From the NCBI GenBank assembly GCA_963682105.1, contig OY821638.1, forward strand, positions 4,821,245-4,885,244: DNA of 64,000 nt, in the 5' to 3' direction. Source of the stretch: Smithellaceae bacterium. Its GTDB lineage: Bacteria > Desulfobacterota > Syntrophia > Syntrophales > Smithellaceae. This document shows positions 45,118 to 54,153 of the stretch, piece by piece; position 1 is the stretch's first letter; each line of letters begins with the position of its first letter. The notes below the pieces were generated by a model. That model was not told where the DNA came from and made no database searches. It saw only the letters and a program-made list of their open reading frames with translations. A program made the translations under genes and the position numbers.

Positions 45118-45593
45118 CAGAAATACTCCGGAGACGTTTTTTTGTATTCGTGTCGGCTTTCCAGAACGAGGAAATCGTCGCATTGTATGGCAGCCGACAT
45201 TTGCTGAATCAGCGCTGCAAGCTTTTCATCCTGCGCGTGCAGCATGGTAAAAAGATTATATCTGTTTTGAAAAGCCGGGCTTCTTTCGTAACAATGAGAA
45301 ATGAATGACAGCGAAGCAAACTTCTTCCCGGCGAATTCGATCGAATCAGGCGGTACGGCCCACATCACCAGAGCGTTTCTGGAGTAGCCGGCTTTCTGAT
45401 GACGAAGAATAGCGCCGAATTTTCTGATAATGCCTTGCCGGGAAAGCTTTTGCAGCCAGGTCATTAATTCATCGCTTTCGAGACCGCAGATGTTTGCAAT
45501 CGCCGCAAATGGTTTTGCCTGAAGGGGGATATCCTTTTGAAGAATTTGCGCCGCTTTTTTTTCCTGTATCGTGAATGTTTGCATGGTGTTCAC
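45117..45593 (-). CDS. Siroheme decarboxylase subunit (AhbA/AhbB, NirD/L/G/H-like, Lrp/AsnC fold)
   Basis: 158 aa. LQKDIPLQAKPFAAIANICGLESDELMTWLQKLSRQGIIRKFGAILRH fits the NirDL/Ahb pattern, and it is coupled to hemL. Confidence 0.7.
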   Translation of the reverse strand: MNTMQTFTIQEKKAAQILQKDIPLQAKPFAAIANICGLESDELMTWLQKLSRQGIIRKFGAILRHQKAGYSRNALVMWAVPPDSIEFAGKKFASLSFISHCYERSPAFQNRYNLFTMLHAQDEKLAALIQQMSAAIQCDDFLVLESRHEYKKTSPEYF

Positions 45594-45669
45594 TTTTATC
45601 CTGCCTGCATTGTAAAATCAAGCTGAGCATTAGGTTTTTAAAAAAAATTAAACTGTTCGCAAAAAAATC

Positions 45670-45699
45670 TTGACAATGCCTTCAAGGATCGTTAAGAAT
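45670..45699 (+). promoter_or_regulatory. Candidate sigma70-type promoter of atpE
   Basis: TTGACA (45670-45675), 17-nt spacer, TAAGAA(T) (45693-45699), preceded by an A/T-rich UP-like tract. Confidence 0.4.
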
Positions 45700-45809
45700 A
45701 ACTGAAAATGACCGGCAGTCGTAAATTTTCGTGAAAGGAGGGTTGGAAAAATAAAATACTCAACGATTCCGGGCATTAAATTAATCAAAAAATCACAAGG
45801 AGGCTGTAA

Positions 45810-46184
45810 ATGAAAAAAGGTTTAGCTTATTCAGTGCTGGCGATGGTGTTGATGATTGTTTGTGCTCCGTTCGTTATGGCAGCTCCCGAAGCAGCGGCTC
45901 CGGCGGCAGGCGTTGATTACACGAAGGCCATTGTCATGGGTTGCGCATTGCTGGGCGCAGGCATTGCAATCGGCGTCGGCGCGGTTGGCGCGGGTCTTGG
46001 TCTTGGTCAGGCGACAAGCGGCGCGGCTAATGCAGTCGGCAGAAATCCCGAAGCTCAGGGTAAAGTCATGTTGACCATGATGGTTGGTATGGCTATGACG
46101 GAATCCGTCGCAATTTATGCGTTGGTTATTTCACTGGTTATGTTGTTTGCAAACCCGATTTTGAAGATGATTGGCCTTGGCTAA
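45810..46184 (+). CDS. atpE: F-type ATP synthase subunit c with an N-terminal signal-peptide-like extension
   Basis: AAGGAGG SD. The C-terminal hairpin GLGQATSGAANAVGRNPEAQGK...MAMTESVAIYALVISLVMLFANP is a c-subunit (RNPE loop, carboxylate Glu). The extra N-terminus is MKKGLAYSVLAMVLMIVCAPFVMA. Confidence 0.9.
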   Translation: MKKGLAYSVLAMVLMIVCAPFVMAAPEAAAPAAGVDYTKAIVMGCALLGAGIAIGVGAVGAGLGLGQATSGAANAVGRNPEAQGKVMLTMMVGMAMTESVAIYALVISLVMLFANPILKMIGLG

Positions 46185-46210
46185 TCAAAAATAATTAGCT
46201 ATACTCTCAA

Positions 46211-46253
46211 GGGAGAAGAAGCAAATAACAATGGACTTCTTCTCCCTTTTTTT
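46211..46253 (+). terminator. Rho-independent terminator of atpE
   Basis: 11-bp stem GGGAGAAGAAG / CTTCTTCTCCC with a 14-nt loop, then T7. Confidence 0.85.
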
Positions 46254-46304
46254 ATGCCTGATGATCAGGGAAAGCATGACCATAACGGATCAGGGCGCGC
46301 GTCT

Positions 46305-46712
46305 TTAATCTCCGGTAACCACTTTTTCCCGTAATACTTTGATTTCTGCACGCTTATGCTTGGCTTCAAGGATTTTTTCTTTAGCCCGCTGGCTTCTCTT
46401 TCTCTTTTGACGCCTTATCTTTTCAATCTTTTCTTTTTCAGCGGCAATGAACCCCTTTTGCTGCTGTTCGATTTTATCCAGAAGCAGACGGCGTGCTATA
46501 AAACGATTTAAGGTTTGCGATCTTTCCCTCTGGCATTTGACGGAAAGACCGGTGGGAATGTGCACAAGATGAACACACGATGAGCTTTTATTGACTTTTT
46601 GTCCGCCGGGACCGGAGGAACGGACGAAGGATTCTTCAAATTCGGTGTCACAAACGCCGAGTTCCTGCATTCGTGCGGCGAGGGCTTTTTCTTTATCAGC
46701 GGATACCGGCAT
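46305..46712 (-). CDS. RF-1 domain GGQ protein (ArfB/YaeJ-like peptidyl-tRNA hydrolase)
   Basis: SSGPGGQKVNKSSSCVHLVH.PTG is the GGQ domain. The C-terminal third is a Lys/Arg-rich tail (RRQKRKRSQRAKEKILEAKHKR), as in ArfB. Confidence 0.75.
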   Translation of the reverse strand: MPVSADKEKALAARMQELGVCDTEFEESFVRSSGPGGQKVNKSSSCVHLVHIPTGLSVKCQRERSQTLNRFIARRLLLDKIEQQQKGFIAAEKEKIEKIRRQKRKRSQRAKEKILEAKHKRAEIKVLREKVVTGD

Positions 46713-46729
46713 GGTCGGCCCCTGAAGAT

Positions 46730-47161
46730 TTATGGAATGGAGTATATTTCATCGCCGATTAGATTGATCCAGTTCTCCGTAAGGATCTCTCTGGCTTCTT
46801 CCAGTTTATCGACGCCCAGAATCACGATGGTTTCCTTCCCGATGCGATTGATGGTTGTATAAACATAAAGAATATTAATCTCCGCTTTAGCCAGAGGTTT
46901 AAAAATGGCGTTGATGCCGCCGGAGTGGAGGGGAACTTCAGCGGCCAGCACCGGAGTGACTTCAAAGTTGAAATTGAAGCTGCTCAGGAGCGCGGCGGCG
47001 CGGTCGGGATCATTCACGACCAGGCGAACCCGGCTGTCATGCTCGATACTGGCGGCTGCCACGGCAATCGTAGCGATATCTTCTTCGTCAAGAATATGGG
47101 TCAGTTTGGCAAAAGTGCCGGGGATGTTGCCTAGCAGAACGGAAATTTGTTTAACGGCCAT
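46730..47161 (-). CDS. ACT domain-containing protein (two ACT-like halves)
   Basis: ISVLLGNIPGTFAKLTHIL and a second V.LHSGGINAIFKPLAKAEINI repeat. Composition is typical of small-ligand-binding ACT proteins. Confidence 0.65.
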   Translation of the reverse strand: MAVKQISVLLGNIPGTFAKLTHILDEEDIATIAVAAASIEHDSRVRLVVNDPDRAAALLSSFNFNFEVTPVLAAEVPLHSGGINAIFKPLAKAEINILYVYTTINRIGKETIVILGVDKLEEAREILTENWINLIGDEIYSIP

Positions 47162-47173
47162 AAAATATCCTCA

Positions 47174-47713
47174 TTAATCCTGAACGTAATCGTATCCGGC
47201 GTTGAAAGCCTTCCTGTTGATTTCGGCAAGAGATTTCTTTCGGCTGCCCATAATGGATTCCAGGCTTTTCAGGTAGATTTCAGGAGAAACGACATTTGAT
47301 TTTTTTATAAAGGCGCCCATCATGATGATATTCGACACACGGCTGTTGCCCAGTTCCTGTGCCATGTCTGCGCAGGGGATGCATATCGTTTTGACATCCT
47401 GACGGATGGGACGCCCCTCAACGATGGATGAATTGATAAAAATCGTTCCATTGGACACAACCTTGTTTTGAAAGGAAATGAGGGACGGCGAATTCATCAC
47501 CACCAGGTAATCAGGTTCCGAAGCGACCGGAGAGGCTATTTCTTCGTCTCCCATGGCGACGGTGCAATTGGCGGTTCCACCCCTCATTTCTGCGCCGTAA
47601 GCGGGAAGATAGGTGACGTGCAATCCTTTATTCATGGCCGCGTTGGCCAGGCTGATTCCCATCATCAAAACGCCCTGACCGCCAAAACCCGAGAAGAATG
47701 CTTTAACGATCAT
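47174..47713 (-). CDS. 2-oxoacid:ferredoxin oxidoreductase, gamma subunit
   Basis: FSGFGGQGVLMMG...YGAEMRGGTANC is the OFOR gamma pattern. ATGA overlap with beta. Confidence 0.9.
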   Translation of the reverse strand: MIVKAFFSGFGGQGVLMMGISLANAAMNKGLHVTYLPAYGAEMRGGTANCTVAMGDEEIASPVASEPDYLVVMNSPSLISFQNKVVSNGTIFINSSIVEGRPIRQDVKTICIPCADMAQELGNSRVSNIIMMGAFIKKSNVVSPEIYLKSLESIMGSRKKSLAEINRKAFNAGYDYVQD

Positions 47714-48483
47714 GACTGGCCCTCCGCAATTTTCTTCAAATCTGCGATATTGTCTTTGAAGACACCGGGAGGAAATTCCTTAGCCATCACGTCGTCGATC
47801 CATTTGCATGAATCAATGGACGACATCTTCCAGTTTGTCGGGCACATGGAGAGAATTTCGATCATGGAAAAACCGAGTCCGTCCAGTTGGCACTGAAAAG
47901 CCTTTCGAATGGCCTTTTTCGTTTTATTAACGCCAGCCGGAGAACTTACCGAGCATCTTTCCAGATAAGTAACACCTCCAATCTGGGAGAAAATTTCACA
48001 AACTTTAACCGGATAGCCGTCGAGCGCCTGTTTCCGTCCGGTGGGGCTTGTTGTCGTTTTCTGGTTCAGCATGGTGGTCGGCGCCATCTGCCCGCCGGTC
48101 ATGCCGTAAACGGCGTTATTGATAAAGATGACGGTGATGTTTTCACCGCGGTTGGCGGCATGAAAACTTTCAGCCATGCCAATGGCGGCAAGATCTCCGT
48201 CGCCCTGATAGGAAAAGACCAGGCGGTCCGGAAGAGAGCGTTTGATGCCGGACGCCATGGCCGGCCCGCGGCCGTGAGGCGCTTCAATCATATCCACGTC
48301 AAAGTAATTATAGGCCAGAACGGCGCATCCCGCCGGCGGCACACCAATAGTTATTCCCCGGATGTCCATTTCATCGATGATTTCGCAGACAACGCGATGG
48401 GCGATGCTGTGACCGCAACCCGGGCAATAATGGTAAATGTTATGTTTTAAACTTTTGGGATGCTGAAAAACTATTTTTGACAT
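47710..48483 (-). CDS. 2-oxoacid:ferredoxin oxidoreductase, beta (TPP-binding) subunit
   Basis: CPGCGH near the N-terminus and the GDGD...NN..YGMTGGQ TPP motif. Confidence 0.9.
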   Translation of the reverse strand: MSKIVFQHPKSLKHNIYHYCPGCGHSIAHRVVCEIIDEMDIRGITIGVPPAGCAVLAYNYFDVDMIEAPHGRGPAMASGIKRSLPDRLVFSYQGDGDLAAIGMAESFHAANRGENITVIFINNAVYGMTGGQMAPTTMLNQKTTTSPTGRKQALDGYPVKVCEIFSQIGGVTYLERCSVSSPAGVNKTKKAIRKAFQCQLDGLGFSMIEILSMCPTNWKMSSIDSCKWIDDVMAKEFPPGVFKDNIADLKKIAEGQS

Positions 48484-48516
48484 GTTAATCGAATCCTTAA
48501 TTGTGATGATCGGACA

Positions 48517-49575
48517 TCAATCTTTTTTCGTATAGATCTTGGCAACAACATTGGCCAACTCCGCAGGCGTCGGCACAGCGCCGCCCGGGCGTCCATGGAA
48601 TTCAATGTTGGCGTACCCCTGCAATGCCAGGCGAACATCCTCAAGCATCTGGCCGGTGCTCATTTCAAAAACCAGGTAGTTTTTTATTTTGGCCGATAGT
48701 GCTCTTAACTTTAATTCCGGAAAAGGCCACAGGGAAATCGGTCGGAACAGACCAACTTTCATGCCGTGTTCACGCAGTCTTTTGATGGCGCCCTTGGCGA
48801 TTCTTGCCGCGGTGCCGTAAGCCACAATGACCACGTCGGCGTCGTCGGTCAGATGCTCTTCGTGGAGCGTTTCATTTTTTTTGATGACCTGATATTTTCG
48901 CTCCAGCTTCCAGTTATGCTCTTCGCTGTCAATCGGATCCAGAAGCAGGCCGCGGATAAATTTGCTTTTGCCCGTTCCTGCGCCCCTCAGCATAAACTTT
49001 TCGGGATAATTGCGGGGTTTTGGCTTCTTGAAAATGACCGGCTCCATCATTTGCCCCATCATGCCGTCGGCCAAAATCATTACCGGCGTACGGTATTTAT
49101 CGGCCAGATCAAAAGCATCCATAGTCAAGTCGGCCAATTCCTGGCAGGTGGCCGGCGCCAGAACAATCGTGCGGTAGTCGCCATGACCGCCGCCGCGGGT
49201 GGCCTGGAAATAATCCCCCTGCGAGGGGCGGATGTTGCCTAATCCCGGGCCGCCGCGCATAATATTGACAATGATGCCGGGGAGTTCACAGGCGGCCATG
49301 GAAGAAATGCCTTCCTGCTTCAAGTCAATGCCGGGGCTTGAAGAAGATGTCATGACGCGGACGCCGGTCCCGCTGGCGCCGGCAATCATGTTGATGGCGG
49401 CAATTTCACTTTCCGACTGGATAAATACGCCGCCTTCCGCGTTGCGGATATGCTCGGCCATATATTCGGTCAGTTCGTTTTGCGGGGTAATGGGGTAACC
49501 GGCATAAAACCGGCAACCGGCGCGGATCGCCGCTTCGCCGATAATATTGTTTCCTGACATTAATACTTTATTCAC
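48517..49575 (-). CDS. 2-oxoacid:ferredoxin oxidoreductase, alpha subunit
   Basis: MSGNNIIGEAAIRAGCRFYAGYPITPQNE is the canonical OFOR alpha N-terminus. Confidence 0.9.
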   Translation of the reverse strand: MNKVLMSGNNIIGEAAIRAGCRFYAGYPITPQNELTEYMAEHIRNAEGGVFIQSESEIAAINMIAGASGTGVRVMTSSSSPGIDLKQEGISSMAACELPGIIVNIMRGGPGLGNIRPSQGDYFQATRGGGHGDYRTIVLAPATCQELADLTMDAFDLADKYRTPVMILADGMMGQMMEPVIFKKPKPRNYPEKFMLRGAGTGKSKFIRGLLLDPIDSEEHNWKLERKYQVIKKNETLHEEHLTDDADVVIVAYGTAARIAKGAIKRLREHGMKVGLFRPISLWPFPELKLRALSAKIKNYLVFEMSTGQMLEDVRLALQGYANIEFHGRPGGAVPTPAELANVVAKIYTKKD

Positions 49576-49777
49576 GGTAGACCTCTATTGCGACATCCGG
49601 ACACATGGTTGCGCAAATTGCGCAGCCGTTGCATTCCTTCTCTTCGTCGGCGCAGACGGGGTGATATCCCTGCGTGTTAAATTCCGTGGAAGGCACGATA
49701 TGGCCTTTGGGGCAGAAATGAATACAGAGATGACACTCCTTACACAGTTCTTTTTTTACCTTAATATATCCTTTCAC
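49568..49777 (-). CDS. 2-oxoacid:ferredoxin oxidoreductase, delta subunit (2x[4Fe-4S] ferredoxin)
   Basis: CKECHLCIHFCP and CNGCAICATMCP. GTG start. Overlaps alpha by 8 nt. Confidence 0.85.
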   Translation of the reverse strand: MKGYIKVKKELCKECHLCIHFCPKGHIVPSTEFNTQGYHPVCADEEKECNGCAICATMCPDVAIEVYRE

Positions 49778-49895
49778 ATTCTGTCCCCGATTCGTTTTTA
49801 CCTGGAATTCAATTCCTTTTGGCGGATGCTATCTGTCCCATAATGCCTAGAATGTCAAGCAATTTTAGACAGCCGGGCAGCCGGAATCCTTGCCC

Positions 49896-50396
49896 TCAGA
49901 TTTTAGTGATCTGGAAACCTTCGAGCTTGATAGCGACGGAGCGCTGCAACAATTCGATGGAAATAACGAAAAGTTCTTTTTGCGGCTCCGCTTTAACCAC
50001 CGTTCCTTCAATGCCGGCAAAGGGGCCGTCAATGATTTTCGCCGCCTCACCCGCTTTCGGATACTGCAGAGTGAACATTTCCACTTTTTTATCCATCAGG
50101 CGCTGAATGGCCTGGATTTTTTCATCCGGCACCGGCAGTGGTTCGGCGTTTTCCTTTTTTCCCAGGATACGCACAACACCGAATGTCTTGAGAATGGCCA
50201 GTTTTGTTTCATTATCCAGCGTTCCTTCAACAAAAAGATAACCGGGGAAGAGCGGCACCGATATCTTCTTTTTCCGGTCTTTTCGCTTGCTCCATACTTC
50301 CATCTCCGGTAAAAAAGACGTCAGGCGTTTCTGGAGAAGTCCGTTATGGGCTTTGTATTCATGTCGGCTTTTCGTATGTACGGCATACCACGGCAT
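49896..50396 (-). CDS. Specialised NusG paralog (UpxY/RfaH/LoaP-like transcription antiterminator)
   Basis: The NGN domain starts with WYAVHTKSRHE...FPGYLFV, and the C-terminal KOW is GPFAGIEGTV. At 166 aa it lacks the housekeeping secE/rplK context. Confidence 0.75.
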   Translation of the reverse strand: MPWYAVHTKSRHEYKAHNGLLQKRLTSFLPEMEVWSKRKDRKKKISVPLFPGYLFVEGTLDNETKLAILKTFGVVRILGKKENAEPLPVPDEKIQAIQRLMDKKVEMFTLQYPKAGEAAKIIDGPFAGIEGTVVKAEPQKELFVISIELLQRSVAIKLEGFQITKI

Positions 50397-50480
50397 AACA
50401 GTCCTTTGTATTCTTAATGTTTCCGTGCAAAATAACGCCCATCAACTATAGCATGTGTTTATTTTTTGCAATGGAGAAAA

Positions 50481-52076
50481 ATGAAAGTTTTCCGGCTCAA
50501 CGGCTTAAAGCTGACTTTAGATGAGGGGGAAGAAGGCCTTGTGCCAAAGGCTGCCCGTGCGCTGGGCATTCTGACCGGTGATATTGACTCGCTGCAAGTT
50601 CTCAGAAAAGCGCTGGATGCAAGGCGAAACAGACCTCCCCATTTTGTTTATGCCGTAAAAATTGTTGTGTCCGATCAAATCCTGCCTCCGGAGATTATGC
50701 CGGAGGGAATGCAGATATCCCCTTTTCAGGATGATCCGACTGTTGATCCGTCAACGCCGGTTTTAAAAGTTAAACAGCCGGTTGTTGTGATCGGCAGCGG
50801 TCCGGCCGGTCTTTTTGCCGCCTATGCCCTGGCTGTGAAAAGTATTCCGGTTGTGTTGCTGGAAAGAGGCCGTCCGGTGGAACAACGTATAAAAGATGTG
50901 GCTCTATTCTGGGACAAAGGTGTGCTCGATCCGCAAAGCAACGTTCTTTTCGGCGAGGGAGGCGCGGGCACTTTTTCTGACGGAAAGCTGACCAGCCGCA
51001 GTAAAAATCCTTATGCGGGCTGGGTGAAAAAAGTACTGGTCGAGATGGGGGCGCCGTCATCTGTTTTGGCGGATGCCAAGCCCCACATCGGTACGGATCG
51101 TTTGCGCAAGGTGCTGGTTAATGTGCGTCAGAGACTGCTGGAATGCGGGTGCCTGATCCGGTTTGAATCGCAGGTGACGGATATCGTCATCCGGCAGGGC
51201 GTCATCGCCGCACTGGTGGTCAATGGACAAGAAGAAATTCAGGCTGAGCATGTGATTCTGGCAATCGGTCAGAGCGCCGACGATACCTATTATAAATTGT
51301 CGGAGCGGGGAGTGAAGATGGAACCCAAACCGTTTGCCATGGGGGCGCGCGTGGAACACCCGCAGACACTGATTAATTCCATGCAGTATGGGCAATGGTC
51401 GGGACATCCGCAGTTGCCCCCGGCCGAATATTTTGTCACAGCCGCTTTATCCAAGCAGGATCGGTCCGTTTATACCTTCTGCATGTGTCCGGGAGGACAG
51501 GTCATTGGTTGCAGCGCTTTTCCCGGAACTGTTATCACCAACGGTATGAGCCGCCAGGCCCGCAGTGGAGAATTTGCCAACAGCGCAGTTGTGGTCAACG
51601 TTCGAACAGATGATTTTTTATCGTGGGGATTGCCTCTGGGTGGTTTGGAATTTCGAAAACACTGGGAGCAGAAAGCATTTGTTGCGGGCGGTGGCAATTA
51701 TTGCGCTCCGGCCCAGAAATTGAACGATTTTGTGCATGGTAAGATATCCGGTGAAGTCGGAAAAACCAGTTTTTTACCCGGTGTAAAGTCGGTTGATCTA
51801 TCAGAAGTGTTTCCGTTTTTCGTAACGGAGGCCCTTCGCGCGGGGCTGGGGCAGATGAATCGGAAAATGCCGGGGTTTCTGTTCGACGATGCGCATCTGA
51901 TCGGCGTGGAAACGCGGACGTCATCGCCTGTTCGCATTTGCCGCACGGCGGACGGCCAAAGTGAAACCGTCCGGGGACTTTACCCGTGTGGGGAAGGCGC
52001 AGGTTACGCCGGCGGCATTATCAGTTCGGCGCTGGATGGGATTAAAGCAGCTCTGAACATTATTTCACAGAAGTAA
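50481..52076 (+). CDS. FAD-dependent oxidoreductase (COG2509-like, uncharacterised)
   Basis: Dinucleotide fold VVVIGSGPAGLFAAYALA...LLERG, and a C-terminal LYPCGEGAGYAGGI typical of this family. Start ATG 50481 is preferred over TTG 50466. Confidence 0.75.
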   Translation: MKVFRLNGLKLTLDEGEEGLVPKAARALGILTGDIDSLQVLRKALDARRNRPPHFVYAVKIVVSDQILPPEIMPEGMQISPFQDDPTVDPSTPVLKVKQPVVVIGSGPAGLFAAYALAVKSIPVVLLERGRPVEQRIKDVALFWDKGVLDPQSNVLFGEGGAGTFSDGKLTSRSKNPYAGWVKKVLVEMGAPSSVLADAKPHIGTDRLRKVLVNVRQRLLECGCLIRFESQVTDIVIRQGVIAALVVNGQEEIQAEHVILAIGQSADDTYYKLSERGVKMEPKPFAMGARVEHPQTLINSMQYGQWSGHPQLPPAEYFVTAALSKQDRSVYTFCMCPGGQVIGCSAFPGTVITNGMSRQARSGEFANSAVVVNVRTDDFLSWGLPLGGLEFRKHWEQKAFVAGGGNYCAPAQKLNDFVHGKISGEVGKTSFLPGVKSVDLSEVFPFFVTEALRAGLGQMNRKMPGFLFDDAHLIGVETRTSSPVRICRTADGQSETVRGLYPCGEGAGYAGGIISSALDGIKAALNIISQK

Positions 52077-53154
52077 ATCGCCCGTCGACTATGATGTCGG
52101 CGCCTTTTTTCAGAATTTTCCGGACCGACAAAAGTTTAGCGTCCTGCAGATTGCGGATATGAAGATCACCGACCGCTTCAATGCCTTTACCGATAATTTT
52201 CGGCGCAATGACAGTGACCAAACGGTTGACCAGATTTTCTTTCAGGGCGGACGTAATGATTTTTGCGCCGCCTTCAATCAGAATGGATGATATCTGCCTG
52301 CCGGCGAGGATTTTTAACAAATTTTTCAGGTCAACATGCCCCTGCTTGTCAGGAGAGATCGTGACCAGATCGGCGCCTGCTTTTTTCAGCGCGATAAACT
52401 TTTTATCGGAGGCGTTTTTTGTTGTGGCGATTAATGTCGGCGCTTCGGCGAGATTCTGCAAGACATTGACATGATCCGAAATAGAAAGAGAGGAATCTAC
52501 GATGACCCTTAAAGGGTTGCGTCCCTTAACTCTCCTGACGGTCAGCGCCGGATTATCCGCTATGACGGTTCCTATGCCGGCAAGCACGGCGTCATGTTCG
52601 GCTCTCAATCTGTGGGCAAAGGTCAGGGACGAGGGGGAACTGATCCATTGGGAGTTGCCGGTTGATGTCGCAATCCGGCCGTCAAGGGATTGAGCGTATT
52701 TGACCGTGACAAAAGGCATGCCGGTTTCCATGTAATAAAAGAAGACTTCATTAAGATCGCGGCATTCATTTTCCAGAACACCCACAGTGGTCTGGATGCC
52801 GGCATCGTGAAGGCGGTTGATTCCCTTGCAGGCAACCAGCGGATTGGAATCGGTCGCGCCGATGACGACTCGTCCGAGTTTGTGACGGATAATAAGATCT
52901 GTACACGGGGGCGTTTTGCCGTGATGGCAGCAGGGTTCCAGCGTTACATAAATTATTGCGCCTGCAACGTTTTCCGTGGCGTTAAGAATGGCGTTGACTT
53001 CCGCATGATTTTCTCCGCAGCATTCGTGATAACCCTGACCGATAATCCGGTTATTCTTCACAACGACCGCGCCGACCATGGGATTCGGACTTGCATAGCC
53101 GCGGCCTCTGGTCGCCAGTTTCAAAGCAAGTTTCATGTAATCGTCGTCATTCAT
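52060..53154 (-). CDS. ribD: Bifunctional riboflavin biosynthesis deaminase/reductase
   Basis: NPMVGAVVV...GYHE..G..HAEVNA...TLEPCCHHGKTPPC is the deaminase zinc site, and a reductase half follows. The 3' end overlaps the convergent FAD gene by 17 nt. Confidence 0.92.
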   Translation of the reverse strand: MNDDDYMKLALKLATRGRGYASPNPMVGAVVVKNNRIIGQGYHECCGENHAEVNAILNATENVAGAIIYVTLEPCCHHGKTPPCTDLIIRHKLGRVVIGATDSNPLVACKGINRLHDAGIQTTVGVLENECRDLNEVFFYYMETGMPFVTVKYAQSLDGRIATSTGNSQWISSPSSLTFAHRLRAEHDAVLAGIGTVIADNPALTVRRVKGRNPLRVIVDSSLSISDHVNVLQNLAEAPTLIATTKNASDKKFIALKKAGADLVTISPDKQGHVDLKNLLKILAGRQISSILIEGGAKIITSALKENLVNRLVTVIAPKIIGKGIEAVGDLHIRNLQDAKLLSVRKILKKGADIIVDGRFTSVK

Positions 53155-53269
53155 GGGGAGTTATTACCTCAGGGGCTGAATGATTGTAAAGCATTTTATT
53201 CCGGGAAATGTAATATTTCTATTGACTTCTGATAAAAAAACAGGATAGCCTTATCAAAAATTAAAAGGA

Positions 53270-54046
53270 ATGACATCAGGGATGATTTTATACATATTCG
53301 CCTTCATTTTCGGCGCGGTGGTCGGCAGCTTCCTGAATGTCTGCATATTCCGTATCCCGGCAAAAGGGTCCATCGTCAAACCTTCTTCGCAATGCCCCCA
53401 GTGTCATCACCCCATCCGTTTTTACGACAATATTCCGATCATCAGTTTTTTAATATTGCGGGCAAAATGCCGCGACTGCGGCGCAAAGATTTCCTGGCGG
53501 TATCCTCTGGTCGAACTGATTACCGCCGCTTTTACGCTGGTGCTGTTTATGAAGTTCGGCCTGACCTTGAAGTTTCTGGTTTTTTTCATTTTCACGGCCG
53601 CTTTGATTGTTATTACATTTATTGATCTGGACCATCAAATCATTCCGGACGTTATTTCGCTGCCGGGCATCCCGATTTTTTTTCTGGCGGCCATCTTCAT
53701 TACGGGAGTGCCGTGGCAAGAAGCCGTCATCGGGTTACTCATTGGAGGCGGCGTGCTTTTTGCGATCGCGTTTGTTTACGAGTTTCTCACGAAGCGCGAA
53801 GGGATGGGCGGGGGCGATATCAAGCTTCTGGCTATGATCGGCGGTTTTTTCGGGTGGAAATCGCTGATATTTATTCTGCTGTTCAGCTCTCTGGCCGGAG
53901 CGCTGGTCGGCGTTGCCGTTATGATTATTCAGAAAAAAAATATGAAATATGCCGTGCCGTTCGGTCCCTTTCTTTCAGCCGCGGCCGTGGCATACATATT
54001 TCTGGGGGCGTCTTTCATCCAGTTTTTAATACCGGTTTACAAGTAG
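53270..54046 (+). CDS. pilD: Prepilin peptidase / N-methyltransferase (A24 family)
   Basis: The zinc-ribbon-like CPQCHH...CRDCG, then the active-site contexts IDLDHQIIPD and GGGDIKLLAMIG. Confidence 0.92.
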   Translation: MTSGMILYIFAFIFGAVVGSFLNVCIFRIPAKGSIVKPSSQCPQCHHPIRFYDNIPIISFLILRAKCRDCGAKISWRYPLVELITAAFTLVLFMKFGLTLKFLVFFIFTAALIVITFIDLDHQIIPDVISLPGIPIFFLAAIFITGVPWQEAVIGLLIGGGVLFAIAFVYEFLTKREGMGGGDIKLLAMIGGFFGWKSLIFILLFSSLAGALVGVAVMIIQKKNMKYAVPFGPFLSAAAVAYIFLGASFIQFLIPVYK

Positions 54047-54153
54047 CATCAGACGATCAGGCGGAGATTCGTCTGCTGCTGCCGGAAATATATAAAATAT
54101 AGTTTCTTCTGCAATTCAAAAAAAACATTATTGCTGCATGGATGCGTTTGTTT

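Noticed and set aside
45810-46184. Firm call of a Na+-translocating c subunit
   Set aside because: Gln, Glu-Ser and Tyr are present, but the Thr following Ser in the Ilyobacter-type motif is Val here. Some H+-specific c-rings also carry Gln and Tyr. I left it as an open question in the findings.
49778-49895. Sigma-54 promoter or intrinsic terminator between the NusG paralog and the OFOR genes
   Set aside because: The GG and GC elements in GGCTGTCTAAAATTGCT are 12 nt apart rather than the canonical 10 nt. The GGAATT-C-AATTCC palindrome has a 1-nt centre, so it cannot form an RNA hairpin terminator.
53155-53269. FMN riboswitch upstream of ribD
   Set aside because: Only 115 nt are available, and they are shared with the pilD upstream region. 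I could not find the conserved FMN-element segments (AGGATAG...GGTGAAATTCC...CCGACGG type).
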